Assembly: GCA_016214785.1 (NCBI GenBank)
Contig: JACRNV010000001.1
Span: forward strand, 240-64,239
Direction: 5' to 3'
Origin: Methanobacteriota archaeon
GTDB lineage: Archaea; Thermoplasmatota; Thermoplasmata; SG8-5; JACRNV01
DNA: 64,000 bases
A program made the translations under genes and the position numbers. Shown piece after piece: positions 1 to 8,800 of the stretch; position 1 is the stretch's first letter, and the number at the start of each line of letters is the position of its first letter. The notes beneath the pieces were generated by a model. That model ran no database searches and was not told the origin of the DNA. It saw only the letters and a program-made list of their open reading frames with translations.

Positions 1-145
1 TTAATTTGTCTCCATCAATCTTTATTTCAACATCCTGTCTAGCCTTGAATGGGAAAGCAGAATCATTGTGAACCTTTGCAGGTATGTAAATTATCAACTT
101 TCCTTTTGACGGTCTGATTATTTTTCCTTTTCCTGCAAGTGCCAC
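1..145 (-). CDS. Partial small AbrB/SpoVT-like (swapped-hairpin) protein; its 3' end runs off the left edge
   Basis: Absent from the ORF track because it has no stop in the window. Minus-strand reading from GTG at 145 (GGTGA 5 nt upstream; alternative GTG at 154) gives VALAGKGKIIRPSKGKLIIYIPAKVHNDSAFPFKARQDVEIKIDGDKL..., open to position 1. The strand-loop-strand pattern resembles AbrB/MazE-type domains. Confidence 0.3.
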   Translation of the reverse strand, partial: MALAGKGKIIRPSKGKLIIYIPAKVHNDSAFPFKARQDVEIKIDGDKL

Positions 146-261
146 GTTTATCACCTTATTGTAGATACAAAATAGAACCACAAAGCGATATTAAGATCTG
201 ATTGAACCCATTTTTGATCTACAAACGAAAAGATCTAATCCCACACGGCCATCGGGATTCG

Positions 262-1026
262 ATGGAATTATCCCTAAATCAATCGCCAGCCTCACATTAT
301 AAGAGCAAGGCTCAAATCGCCCGCGTCCTGACCGAAAAATGGTTCCTCGACAACGGTTACTGTCCCGCCTGTCCCTCCGACGCGCTCTCGCAGACGCCCG
401 CGAACGAGAAGGTGGTCGATTTCCGTTGCCCTGATTGCGCATCTTCCTATCAGTTGAAGGCGAAGGGCCACAGGCTGGGAGGGAGCGTTGCCAACGGCGC
501 CTACCAGCCTAAAATCGAGATGATCAGGAACGGCACCGCGCCCAACTGGTTCTTCATGGAGTACGACCGGAAGGACTGGACTGTTGAAAACGTGATGCTT
601 GTTCCCGCGCACTTCGTCACGCCTGAAATCGTGCAGAGGCGCAACCCGCTGAGGCCGACGGCCAGGAGGGCGGGATGGGTCGGTTCGAGCGTTCTCATCG
701 CGAGGCTGCCGTTGGACGCAAGGATTCCAATCATCCTCGATGGCCAGGAAATCCCGAGGGCAGACGTAAGGAAGTCCTTTCAGCGCTTCGAGTTCCTGAA
801 AAACAAGTCTCTGGAATCGAAGGGCTGGCTCGCTGATGTCCTCGCGTGCGTCAGAGAACTTCCAAGGGAATTCTCCCTCAACGACATCTACGCCTTCGAG
901 GGCAAGCTGGCTAAACTTCATCCCGGGAACCGGAACGTGAGGCCCAAGATCAGGCAGCAGCTTCAAATTCTGAGAGACAACGGCATTCTGGAATTCGTCT
1001 CTCCGGGAAAATACCGTTTCTTCTGA
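262..1026 (+). CDS. DpnI-like type IIM (methyl-GATC-directed) restriction endonuclease: PD-(D/E)XK domain plus C-terminal winged helix
   Basis: ORF 202-1026. Start placed at Met21 (262, MELSLNQ) by colinearity with the remembered S. pneumoniae DpnI sequence: YKSKAQIARVLTEKW..YCPAC, VVDFRCPDC..YQLKAK, FVTPEIVQRRNPLRPTARRAGWVG, KIRQQLQILRDNGILEF..GKYR. Confidence 0.85.
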   Translation: MELSLNQSPASHYKSKAQIARVLTEKWFLDNGYCPACPSDALSQTPANEKVVDFRCPDCASSYQLKAKGHRLGGSVANGAYQPKIEMIRNGTAPNWFFMEYDRKDWTVENVMLVPAHFVTPEIVQRRNPLRPTARRAGWVGSSVLIARLPLDARIPIILDGQEIPRADVRKSFQRFEFLKNKSLESKGWLADVLACVRELPREFSLNDIYAFEGKLAKLHPGNRNVRPKIRQQLQILRDNGILEFVSPGKYRFF

Positions 1027-1161
1027 CCGCCACTTTCCCCCACCCCCGCGCAACCCTTATTATGCTCGACGCCGTTGAACGTGCCGAGATGGCAATCCAA
1101 GACATAATCAGGAATGGCGAACCCGCCAGACGCAGCGCGACCCCCGGGCATGGGGTGTGAG

Positions 1162-2520
1162 ATGGACGAGAGGCAGCTCGACCTGCTCATCCGCGAGGGC
1201 GAGGGGCTCCGGGTCGAGTTCAAGGAGTGCTACACTTCGAGGATCGCCCAGGACATCGTCGCGTTCTCGAACACGAAGGGCGGGGCCATCCTCCTCGGAG
1301 TCAGCGACGACAGGACCGTGAGGGGAGCCACCCTCGATGGCAGGCTGAAGGCGCAGATCGCGGGCCTGGGACGCAACTGCGAGCCGGACATCGAGATCGG
1401 TATCGCCCAGGTCGGCGAGGTGGTCGTCATCGAGGCCCCGGAAGGGGACCGTAAGCCGTACTCCTGCAGCGACGGGTACTACCGCAGGCTGGACGGGGTC
1501 ACGCAGAAGATGAGCCAGGAAGAGCTCAGGGTCATGTTCGCGGAGAGCGAGACGCTCCCCTATGAGGAGAGGCTCGCCAGGGGGCTCGGCTTCGATGGCA
1601 TCTCGCAATCGAAGATCGCTGCCTTCACCAGGGAGGCCAGGATCGACATCGGCGAGGCGACGCCGGCGGACTTCCTCCGGAGCCTCAACCTCGCCACGGA
1701 CTCGGGCATCAAGAACGTGGGGGCGCTCTTCTTCGCCACGGACGTGGGCAAGGCCATCCGCCACGCGAGGATAACGCTCCTGGCTTTCAAGGGGACCAAG
1801 AAGCTCGTGATCTACGACCGCAAGGACGTCCAGGACGATCTCCTGACGCAGTTCAATGAAGCGATAACGTTCCTGATGAAGCACCTGAACGTCAGAAGCG
1901 AGATAAAAGGGGTAGACCGGGAGGACATCTACGAGATGCCCATTGAAGCCCTGAGAGAGGCCGTTGTCAACGCCCTCATGCACCGCGATTACTCGATGAC
2001 GGGCACCCAGGTGAACGTCGAGGTCTACGACGACCGGGTCGAGATAATCAGCCCCGGAGGGCTCCCGAAAAAACTCCCGAGGGAGAAGCTGGGCACGATG
2101 TCGGTCCGAAGGAACGAGTTGATAGCGGACATGTTCTCGCGCCTGAGGAAGGTCGAGCGCATAGGCCTGGGAATAAACAAGATGATGACCCTCGCGAAGG
2201 CAGCCGGGCTGAAGGAGCCTTCCTTCGAAGCAAATGGATTTTTCAAGGCAACGTTCTACAGGCCGGAGAAACCAGGCGCACGGGACACCATAAAAGGCAC
2301 GGCAAAGGTCACTGAAAAGGTCACCGTAAGGGTCACCGAAAACCAGCGCGCTATATTGACGGCGATGACAAAGGATCGCCATATCACGGCAAAGGCGCTA
2401 TCCAAGATCGTCGGCATCTCCGAGAGAAAGGTGAAGGAGAACCTCCGCAAGCTCAAGGAGAATGGGCTGCTCAGGCGCGTAGGCCCAGCGAAGGGCGGGC
2501 ACTGGGAAATCGTCGGGTGA
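1162..2520 (+). CDS. AlbA_2 (Schlafen-type) + HATPase_c_4 + C-terminal wHTH protein (the class often annotated RecG-like/putative transcriptional regulator)
   Basis: ORF 1114-2520. Motifs: GLRVEFKE....IAQDIVAFSNTKGGAILLGVSDD (AlbA_2), REAVVNALMHRDYSMTGTQVNVEVYDDRVEIISPGGL (HATPase_c_4), and a C-terminal ITAKALSKIVGISERKVKENLRKLKENGLL wHTH. The start is uncertain: Met at 1114, 1150 or 1162. Confidence 0.8.
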   Translation: MDERQLDLLIREGEGLRVEFKECYTSRIAQDIVAFSNTKGGAILLGVSDDRTVRGATLDGRLKAQIAGLGRNCEPDIEIGIAQVGEVVVIEAPEGDRKPYSCSDGYYRRLDGVTQKMSQEELRVMFAESETLPYEERLARGLGFDGISQSKIAAFTREARIDIGEATPADFLRSLNLATDSGIKNVGALFFATDVGKAIRHARITLLAFKGTKKLVIYDRKDVQDDLLTQFNEAITFLMKHLNVRSEIKGVDREDIYEMPIEALREAVVNALMHRDYSMTGTQVNVEVYDDRVEIISPGGLPKKLPREKLGTMSVRRNELIADMFSRLRKVERIGLGINKMMTLAKAAGLKEPSFEANGFFKATFYRPEKPGARDTIKGTAKVTEKVTVRVTENQRAILTAMTKDRHITAKALSKIVGISERKVKENLRKLKENGLLRRVGPAKGGHWEIVG

Positions 2521-2537
2521 CTCGATCCCCCTCTTGA

Positions 2538-3041
2538 GCCTCGACTTGTGCTCCGAACTGGTTCTTCATGGAGTACGACAGGAAGGACTGGCTGGTGGAG
2601 AACGTCGTGCTGGTGCCCGCGCACTTCGTCACCCCCGAGATCGTGCAGAGGCGCAACCCGCTGAAGCCTACCGCCAGGAGAGCGGGATGGGTCGGTTCGA
2701 ACGTTCTCATTGGCAGATTGCCATTGGACGCAAGGATTCCGATTGTCCTCGACGACCAGGAAATCCCAAGGGCAGACGTAAGGAAGTCCTTTCAGCGCTT
2801 CGAGTTCCTGAAAAATAAATCCCTGGAATCGAAAGGTTGGCTTGCAGATGTCCTCGCTTGCGTCAGAGAACTTCCAAGGGAATTCTCCCTCAACGACATC
2901 TACGCCTTCGAGGGCAAGCTGGCTAAACTTCATCCCGGGAACCGGAACGTGAGGCCCAAGATCAGGCAGCAACTACAAATTTTGCGGGATAACGAGATAC
3001 TGGAGTTCGTATCGCCCGGCAGATATCGGATCAGGGCATGA
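2538..3041 (+). pseudogene. 5'-truncated second copy of the DpnI-like gene (last ~160 codons only)
   Basis: 2556-3038 aligns with 544-1026 at a constant offset of 2012 nt and includes a 113-nt perfectly identical block (847-959 = 2859-2971). The frame is open only from 2538, just after the stop of the upstream gene. There is no N-terminal catalytic half. An in-frame ATG at 2568 could still allow expression of a stand-alone C-terminal fragment. Confidence 0.7.
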
Positions 3042-3165
3042 CCGGGGATCCCATGGGCAGCGCTTAAATACGGACAATCACATGCATATCGCGGTGAGTA
3101 AGTCCCCCCGAAAGGATGACGGTTACGTAAGTGGCCTGTGACGAGTAAGGGAGGGATCGCCACTT

Positions 3166-3600
3166 TCATCTCCCTTCCCTTATCATTCCGAGCGCCTTCC
3201 TCGTTGTTACTACTGGCGCCTTGCCGATCTTGACCAAGGAGAGGAAGTCGCCATCCCCCGTCACGAAGTAATCGGGCCGGCTGGCCAGGACGAAAGCGTA
3301 ATGTATCGCATCTTCCGCGTCGCGCACCATGCGCACGGCGCTGCGCACGTCTTTGGGCGCGCACGCTCCCTGGTGGAATTCCGAGGACATGGCGATGTCG
3401 TAGAGGAACGCCAGCGCGGAGTCAAGGTCCCTGTCGCCGCTGAACTTCCTCGCGACTACAGCCTCGACCTCTTCGAGGATGTCCTGCGAGAGCACAAGAT
3501 GGTACTTGCCGGAGAGGCCCGCGACCAGAAGCTGCCGCTCGTTGCCGTCAAAGAACAGTCCAGAGATGATTGTGTTTGCGTCCAGCGCGATCCTAAGCAT
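3166..3600 (-). CDS. PIN-domain toxin (PIN_3-type)
   Basis: MLRIALDANTIISGLFF... (first acidic residue), then ...VRDAEDAIHYAFVLASRPDYFVTGDGDFL near the C-terminus. It overlaps the upstream antitoxin gene by 8 nt. Confidence 0.8.
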   Translation of the reverse strand: MLRIALDANTIISGLFFDGNERQLLVAGLSGKYHLVLSQDILEEVEAVVARKFSGDRDLDSALAFLYDIAMSSEFHQGACAPKDVRSAVRMVRDAEDAIHYAFVLASRPDYFVTGDGDFLSLVKIGKAPVVTTRKALGMIREGR

Positions 3601-3853
3601 TCTTGGACCAGCGTCTCTTCCTTTCTTCCTTCACATCCTTCTCCAGCATCTCCCTGGTCAGCTTCAGATCCCTCCTGCGCCTGTCGAACGGCTCGAGGGC
3701 GTCGCGGATCTTCCGCTCCGACTTGAGGAGAACGCCATCGTCAAGCTCCACGAAAACCACGCTCGTGCCAGTGTCGAGGCCCAGGCTCTTCCTCATGTCC
3801 GCCGGGATGGTGACCTGGCCCTTCTCCGTTACCCTGGACGTTCCAACGCTCAT
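3593..3853 (-). CDS. AbrB/MazE/SpoVT-family antitoxin
   Basis: MSVGTSRVTEKGQVTIPADMRKSLGLDTGTSVVFVELDDGVLL is the canonical SpoVT-AbrB pattern, followed by a charged tail. The ATG at 3853 is preferred over the TTG at 3868. Its stop overlaps the PIN start. Confidence 0.8.
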   Translation of the reverse strand: MSVGTSRVTEKGQVTIPADMRKSLGLDTGTSVVFVELDDGVLLKSERKIRDALEPFDRRRRDLKLTREMLEKDVKEERKRRWSKNA

Positions 3854-3995
3854 AATGTTGCCTCGCAATATGTATTACTTTCCTTACATATAATACTTTG
3901 GGCAGGTATCGCAAGTCGTAAAACTCTAGACTTCTCTTTTCGAAAAATCGATATGGGCATCGAAAAATCGAAACTTCACGACTTCTGCGAAGATT

Positions 3996-4412
3996 TCAAA
4001 TCTTCCCTGCGAACTCGTCCAGTTTCTTTTCCCATCCCTCCGGCAGGCCGTTGCCGTTCCTGTAGTCGCCGGTGACCTGGTAGTCCAGCTCCGCGACCTT
4101 CTGCATCCCCTTCTTGGCCGCGAGCTCCTCCATCTTCGGGATGCGGCTCTTCCTCGAGGCGTGGGTGTTGACCAGCGCGCACTTCCTCCCGTTCGTCCCT
4201 TCGAGGTCCTTCAGGAAGCGCTTCATGCCGCGGTGGAGGCTGAAGGCCTCCGCGGGCGCGGAGAAGACGTACGTGTCCGCCGGAGGCATGGCCTTGGGGC
4301 TCGCCTCGCTCAGCGTCAGAACCTTGACCTCGCCCTTCAGCTGCGCGGCCAGGCGCTCGACGATTTTCTTCCCGTTCCCGAAGTGCGAGTAGTAGACTAT
4401 GGCGTAGCTCAT
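3996..4412 (-). CDS. Flavodoxin-like protein
   Basis: Start taken at the internal Met (MSYAIVYYSHFGNGKKIVERLAAQL...), which is the typical flavodoxin-fold N-terminus. The upstream 80 codons of ORF 3996-4652 are low-complexity and probably not coding. Confidence 0.55.
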   Translation of the reverse strand: MSYAIVYYSHFGNGKKIVERLAAQLKGEVKVLTLSEASPKAMPPADTYVFSAPAEAFSLHRGMKRFLKDLEGTNGRKCALVNTHASRKSRIPKMEELAAKKGMQKVAELDYQVTGDYRNGNGLPEGWEKKLDEFAGKI

Positions 4413-4663
4413 GCGCTCACCGTGGGTGGAATATGGTTTTGGTATAAAAGGTGGTGTTGGAGAACAAAAGGCCGAGCGAGCAGGCGCTAAACCTCCTATG
4501 CAATCGGTGAAGGTTTGCGCCTCGATGGCTTCGCCATCTTCGGTGAGCCCCGAGTTTCTTGAATCCGAGGGCCTTCTTTGCGAGACCTCATCCGGCGTAG
4601 CGAGGCCCAAGGAAGGGGCTCCGTCGCAAAGTTGATATACCTCCGTCGTCAATATCTATCGCG

Positions 4664-4873
4664 ATGACGTCTGCCGAGCTGCGCTACCTGCTCAGGTCGA
4701 AGGGCCATCTGGAGCTCAAGTACCCGGGCAAGTACGTCGCAATATCTTCTTCGAAGGTCGTAGCGGTCGGGGGCTCCCCCTCGGAAGTCCTCTCGGCGCT
4801 CCCGCCAAAGGGCGCATGCCGCCCGCTCGTGGCCTACATCCCAAAGCCTGCCGACAGGGCGCTGGGACTTTGA
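4664..4873 (+). CDS. Small (69 aa) DUF5678-like protein
   Basis: LELKYPGKYVAISSSKVVAVGGSPSEVLSAL resembles, from memory, the short DUF5678-type proteins that precede clan AA protease genes. Its stop overlaps the next gene's TTG (TTGA). Confidence 0.45.
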   Translation: MTSAELRYLLRSKGHLELKYPGKYVAISSSKVVAVGGSPSEVLSALPPKGACRPLVAYIPKPADRALGL

Positions 4874-5256
4874 TACGCCTCCCCTACGTGGTATGGTGCG
4901 GGAAGCCCAGCCCTGTCGTCGAGGTCACCCTGAAGCGCGGCAAAGACCGCGTGCGCACGACCGCCTACGTCGACACGGGCGCGTCATTCTCGTTCTTCCA
5001 CTCGGACTTCTGCAGCGCGCTAGGGCTGGACCTGAAGAAGGGCGCGAAGATGGAGGTGCGCCTGGGTGACGGGGACAAGATGCCCGTCTACGTCCACAGG
5101 GTCGGGCTGCGGATAGAAACCCTGGAGGTCAGGTGCGACATAGTATTCTCGAAGAGGCTCGGCTCGGGCATAAACATCCTCGGGCGGCAGGGTCTTCTCG
5201 ATAAGTACAAGGTGACGTTCGACGGGAAGAGGAAGGAGATCGTCTGGTACGACTGA
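4870..5256 (+). CDS. Retropepsin-like clan AA aspartic protease
   Basis: Active-site motif AYVDTGASFSFF, then a hydrophobic GINILGRQGLLDKYKVTFD tail. The TTG at 4870 gives a 4-nt overlap with the upstream stop. The ORF-track ATG at 4816 would overlap the upstream gene by 58 nt. Confidence 0.7.
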   Translation: MIRLPYVVWCGKPSPVVEVTLKRGKDRVRTTAYVDTGASFSFFHSDFCSALGLDLKKGAKMEVRLGDGDKMPVYVHRVGLRIETLEVRCDIVFSKRLGSGINILGRQGLLDKYKVTFDGKRKEIVWYD

Positions 5257-5294
5257 GCGAAAACGCCTCAAATTTCACAAAAGATTTCAGGGCA

Positions 5295-5627
5295 TCATCT
5301 CAGGAAGTCCTCGCGCGGCGGGTGGAAGGTCTCGATGACGGCGGTGTCCCTGCGGAACCGCACGCCGTGGGGGACGTTGGGCGGTATCTGCCAGCCGTCC
5401 CCGTCCTTCACGAGCCTCTGTTCCGTGCCGACGGTGAACATCGCCTCGCCGCTGACGATTATGCCGACCTGCTCGTGCAGGTGCGAGTGCACCGGCAGCT
5501 CTGTCCCAGAGTCGAACTCGTACCAGGTCATCATTATCTTCCCCTCCCTTCCGCAGAGGACCCTCTGCCTCGCCCCCGGGAGGATTTCCCTGACGTTCGC
5601 GCCCTTGACGCTGAAGAAGCCCATCAT
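5295..5627 (-). CDS. Cupin_2 domain protein
   Basis: 110 aa with GTELPVHSHLHEQVGIIVSGEAMFTVG....WQIPPNVPHGV, the two cupin His-containing motifs. Confidence 0.7.
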   Translation of the reverse strand: MMGFFSVKGANVREILPGARQRVLCGREGKIMMTWYEFDSGTELPVHSHLHEQVGIIVSGEAMFTVGTEQRLVKDGDGWQIPPNVPHGVRFRRDTAVIETFHPPREDFLR

Positions 5628-5700
5628 TGCACCGGAGGGGGATGCGCGGCGGAACCCATTAAGGTTTGCAGGGGCACGAGTTAACAGTGTTAATATTTGA

Positions 5701-5767
5701 CGCGCGCGTTTATATATTACATTGGTAAAGTACAGTAAACATTAAATGCCCTGTATCCTATATATTT
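5701..5767 (+). promoter_or_regulatory. AT-rich island with two TATA-like boxes upstream of the giant ORF
   Basis: CGCGCGCGTT followed directly by TATATATT (5709-5718 TTTATATATT), and a second TATATATTT at 5759-5767. The flanks are GC-rich. These lie 100-150 nt upstream of the ATG at 5866, and the region is shared with the divergent cupin gene. Confidence 0.35.
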
Positions 5768-5865
5768 GGAGGCCTGCCAGTGATTGGGCCAATGGATAAT
5801 GCGCGCCCGGGAAGGCGCGGCCGGCGGGCGGAAGCAGGCACGTTCATCGTAGGGCGGGTGCAGAC

Positions 5866-8800
5866 ATGAGCGACAGGGAGCGAGGCAGTGGGCTGGTGAC
5901 AAGGGACTCCGGCAAGGTGCTGGCGACGTTGATTCTATTGGCCATGGTGCTGCCATGCTTCTCGGCGGGCGCGCAGGGGAATATTGCCGCTGGCGGCGAC
6001 AAATATATATCAACTCCGGCGACCCCCTCGCCGTCGTGGGCGTCCATTCTCTGCCCGAACGGCGGTGAGACTTTCAAGGGCGGGGACGTCTGCAGCATAG
6101 GCTGGGGCGTGTCCGGCGTGGCGGACCTCGCGGAGAATCCGATCAGATTATACTACTCGATCGACGGAGGGGCGGACTGGACGCTCATCGCGGAGGACGA
6201 GAAAAACGACGGCTCTTTCGAATGGGCGCTGCCGTACCTGACGTCGCAGGACTGCCTCGTGAAGGTCGAAGCGCTCGGCGTTTCGGGGAATGCGGCCATT
6301 GACGCAAGCGACACGGCCTTCGCCATCGACTCGACGCCGCCCTCTGTGAAGGTCACCGCCCCGAACGGGGGCGAGGCGTGGGCCGGCGGCTCCGTAAGGG
6401 AGATAAGGTGGTCGGCCAGCGACGCGGCGGGCCCGGTCAGCATCTCCTATTCGTCCGACGGAGGGCTCGAGTGGCTCGCAATCGCGGCGGGCGAGCCGAA
6501 CGACGGCTCATTCGGATGGGCAGTGCCGGGTGTCACGAGCAGGGACTGCCTCGTGAGGGTCGAGGCTTCGGACGCGGCCGGCAACGCCGGGCGCGACGCG
6601 AGCGACAGGGCATTCACCATAGAATCGACCTGCCCGAGCGTCAGGGTCCTGGGCCCGCGTGCCGGGGAGGCGCTCAGGGGTGGCGCACTCTGCGCGATAG
6701 AATGGGACGCCTACGACAACTTCGCCCTAGGGAGCAACCCGGTCTCGATATACTATTCCGTCGACGGAGGCGCTAACTGGATTCTCATAGCCGCGGGCGA
6801 GCCCAACGACGGCGCCTACGAATGGAAGGCGCCGGCGGTGGACGCGCCCCGGTGCGTTGTCAAGGTCGAAGTGACCGATTCCGCCGGAAAGGTGGGGAGC
6901 GGCGAGGGGGGCGCGTTCTCGGTGAGCTCGCGCGTGGCCTTCAATGCCGTGACCCAGCTGGCATTCGTCCCGGCGGCGGCAGAGGCAGTAGCGGGCATAC
7001 AGGCCGCGCTTGTCGTCCAGGCGCAGAATGCGGCCGGAGCCCCCGAGGACGTGGCCGTCGACACGGTCGTCCAGCTCTTCACCGCGTCGCCGACCGGGGA
7101 GTTCCGGGCCGCGGGGACGCCGATCGCCGTGACCCAGGTGACGATACCGGCATCGTCCAGCACCGCGCCGGTCGATTACTACGACGAGACCGTGGGCGCG
7201 ACCCCATACACGCTGACGGCGGCGGGCGCGGGCCTGGCGAACGGCACTTGCGCCATGCGCGTCAACGTCGCAGAGCCGTACCTGATAGTGGTCTCGCCCG
7301 GCACCGCGACAGTCATAGTCGGAACGCAGCAGCAGTTCACCGCCCAGGCTTTCGACGAGTACGGCAACGAGATAACGGACGCAACACTCATGTGGTCGAC
7401 GGACCTGGGCGTGGTCAACTACGCGGGGACATTCACGGCCCAGACCGCTCCAGGAAACGGGTTCGTCAACGCCTCCCTCGGGGCGGCTACGGGCTCCGCG
7501 CTCGTCGCGGTCGTCCCGAGCGACCTCCACCACATCGAGGTGACGCCATCGCCGGCCACGGTGCCGGTCGGGGGGACGCAGCTCTTCAGGGCGAATGCCT
7601 ACGACATCTACAGCAACAGGCTGTACGGCGTCGGATTCTCCTGGGGCACGAACGTAGGGTCCATCGACGCATCAGGGCTCTTCGCGGCGCAGACCACGCC
7701 CGGCAACGGGACCGTGATCGCGTCCAACGGCTCCATCTCGGGCCAGGCGTCTGTCCGGGTCGCCGCGGGGGCGGCGGACCACATCACCGTCACGCCCCAG
7801 AACGAGACCGTGGCCGTCGGGGACGAGAAGCAGTATGCGGCGGTGGCGTACGACTCCTACGGCAATGCCATCCCGGGCGTGAAGTTCATCTGGAGCACCA
7901 CGGCCGGCTTCATCAACTCGACCGGATACTTCACCGCGAAGAGCACGCCCGGAAACGGCACGGTCACGGCCAGGAACGGAACCCTCAGCGGCTCGACCAA
8001 CGTCAGCGTGAAGATCGGGCGCGTCCACCGCATAGTGGTGACGCCGGGCGCGGCCTCCATCGTCGTCGCGGGGACGCAGCAGTTCAGCGCCGTGGCATAT
8101 GACATGTTCAACAACCTGATAACCGACGTGGCATTCGACTGGGCGTCGGATGTCGGTTCCGTCGATTCGGGAGGCCTCTTCACGGCCCAGACAACGCCGG
8201 GCGCGGGGTTCGTGCAGGCCATGAACAGCTCCGTCGTGGGGACGGCCAACGTGACTGTCTTCACGGGTCCGCTCGACCACATAACCGTGACGCCGGCGAA
8301 CGCGACAGTGAAGGTCGCCTACTCGCAGCAGTTCGACGCGACGGCGTGCGACGCGTTCGGCAACCCGATTTCGGGCATAGGGTTCGCATGGACGACAAAC
8401 GTGGGAGACATCAACTCGACGGGCTTCTTCACGGCGCAGACCGCGCCGGCCACGGGATTCGTGGAGGCGAGGAACGGCTCTCTCACGGCCACGGCGGCTG
8501 TCCAGGTGAAGGCCGGCGACGTCACCTACATCGACATCTCGCCGGACTCGGCCACGGTCGTAGTGGGCGAGACGCTGCAGTTCTCGTACGTGGCATACGA
8601 CGCCTACGGGAACGTCATAACGGACGCGCTGCTCTTCTGGATAACCAACCTCGGCGTCGTCAACTCGACGGGGTTCTACACCGCGCAGACCACGCCCGGA
8701 TATGGCCTCGTGAGCATCACGTCGGGCACGGTCACGGCCTCGGCCAACGTCACGGTCGTCAAAGGGCCGGTCCACCACATACTGGTCAGCCCGAACCCGG

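Noticed and set aside
1108-2382. 424-aa antisense ORF opposite the AlbA_2-like gene. Similar cases are 292-1053 (-) opposite DpnI and 2256-2972 (-).
   Set aside because: No motifs and a biased composition. The sense-strand genes have strong family signatures.
1-5627. A mobile element (IS, integrase, tRNA-linked island) that might explain the DpnI duplication and the defence islet.
   Set aside because: I found no transposase or integrase-like ORF, no terminal inverted repeats and no tRNA gene in or next to the region. The duplication is better explained by homologous recombination.
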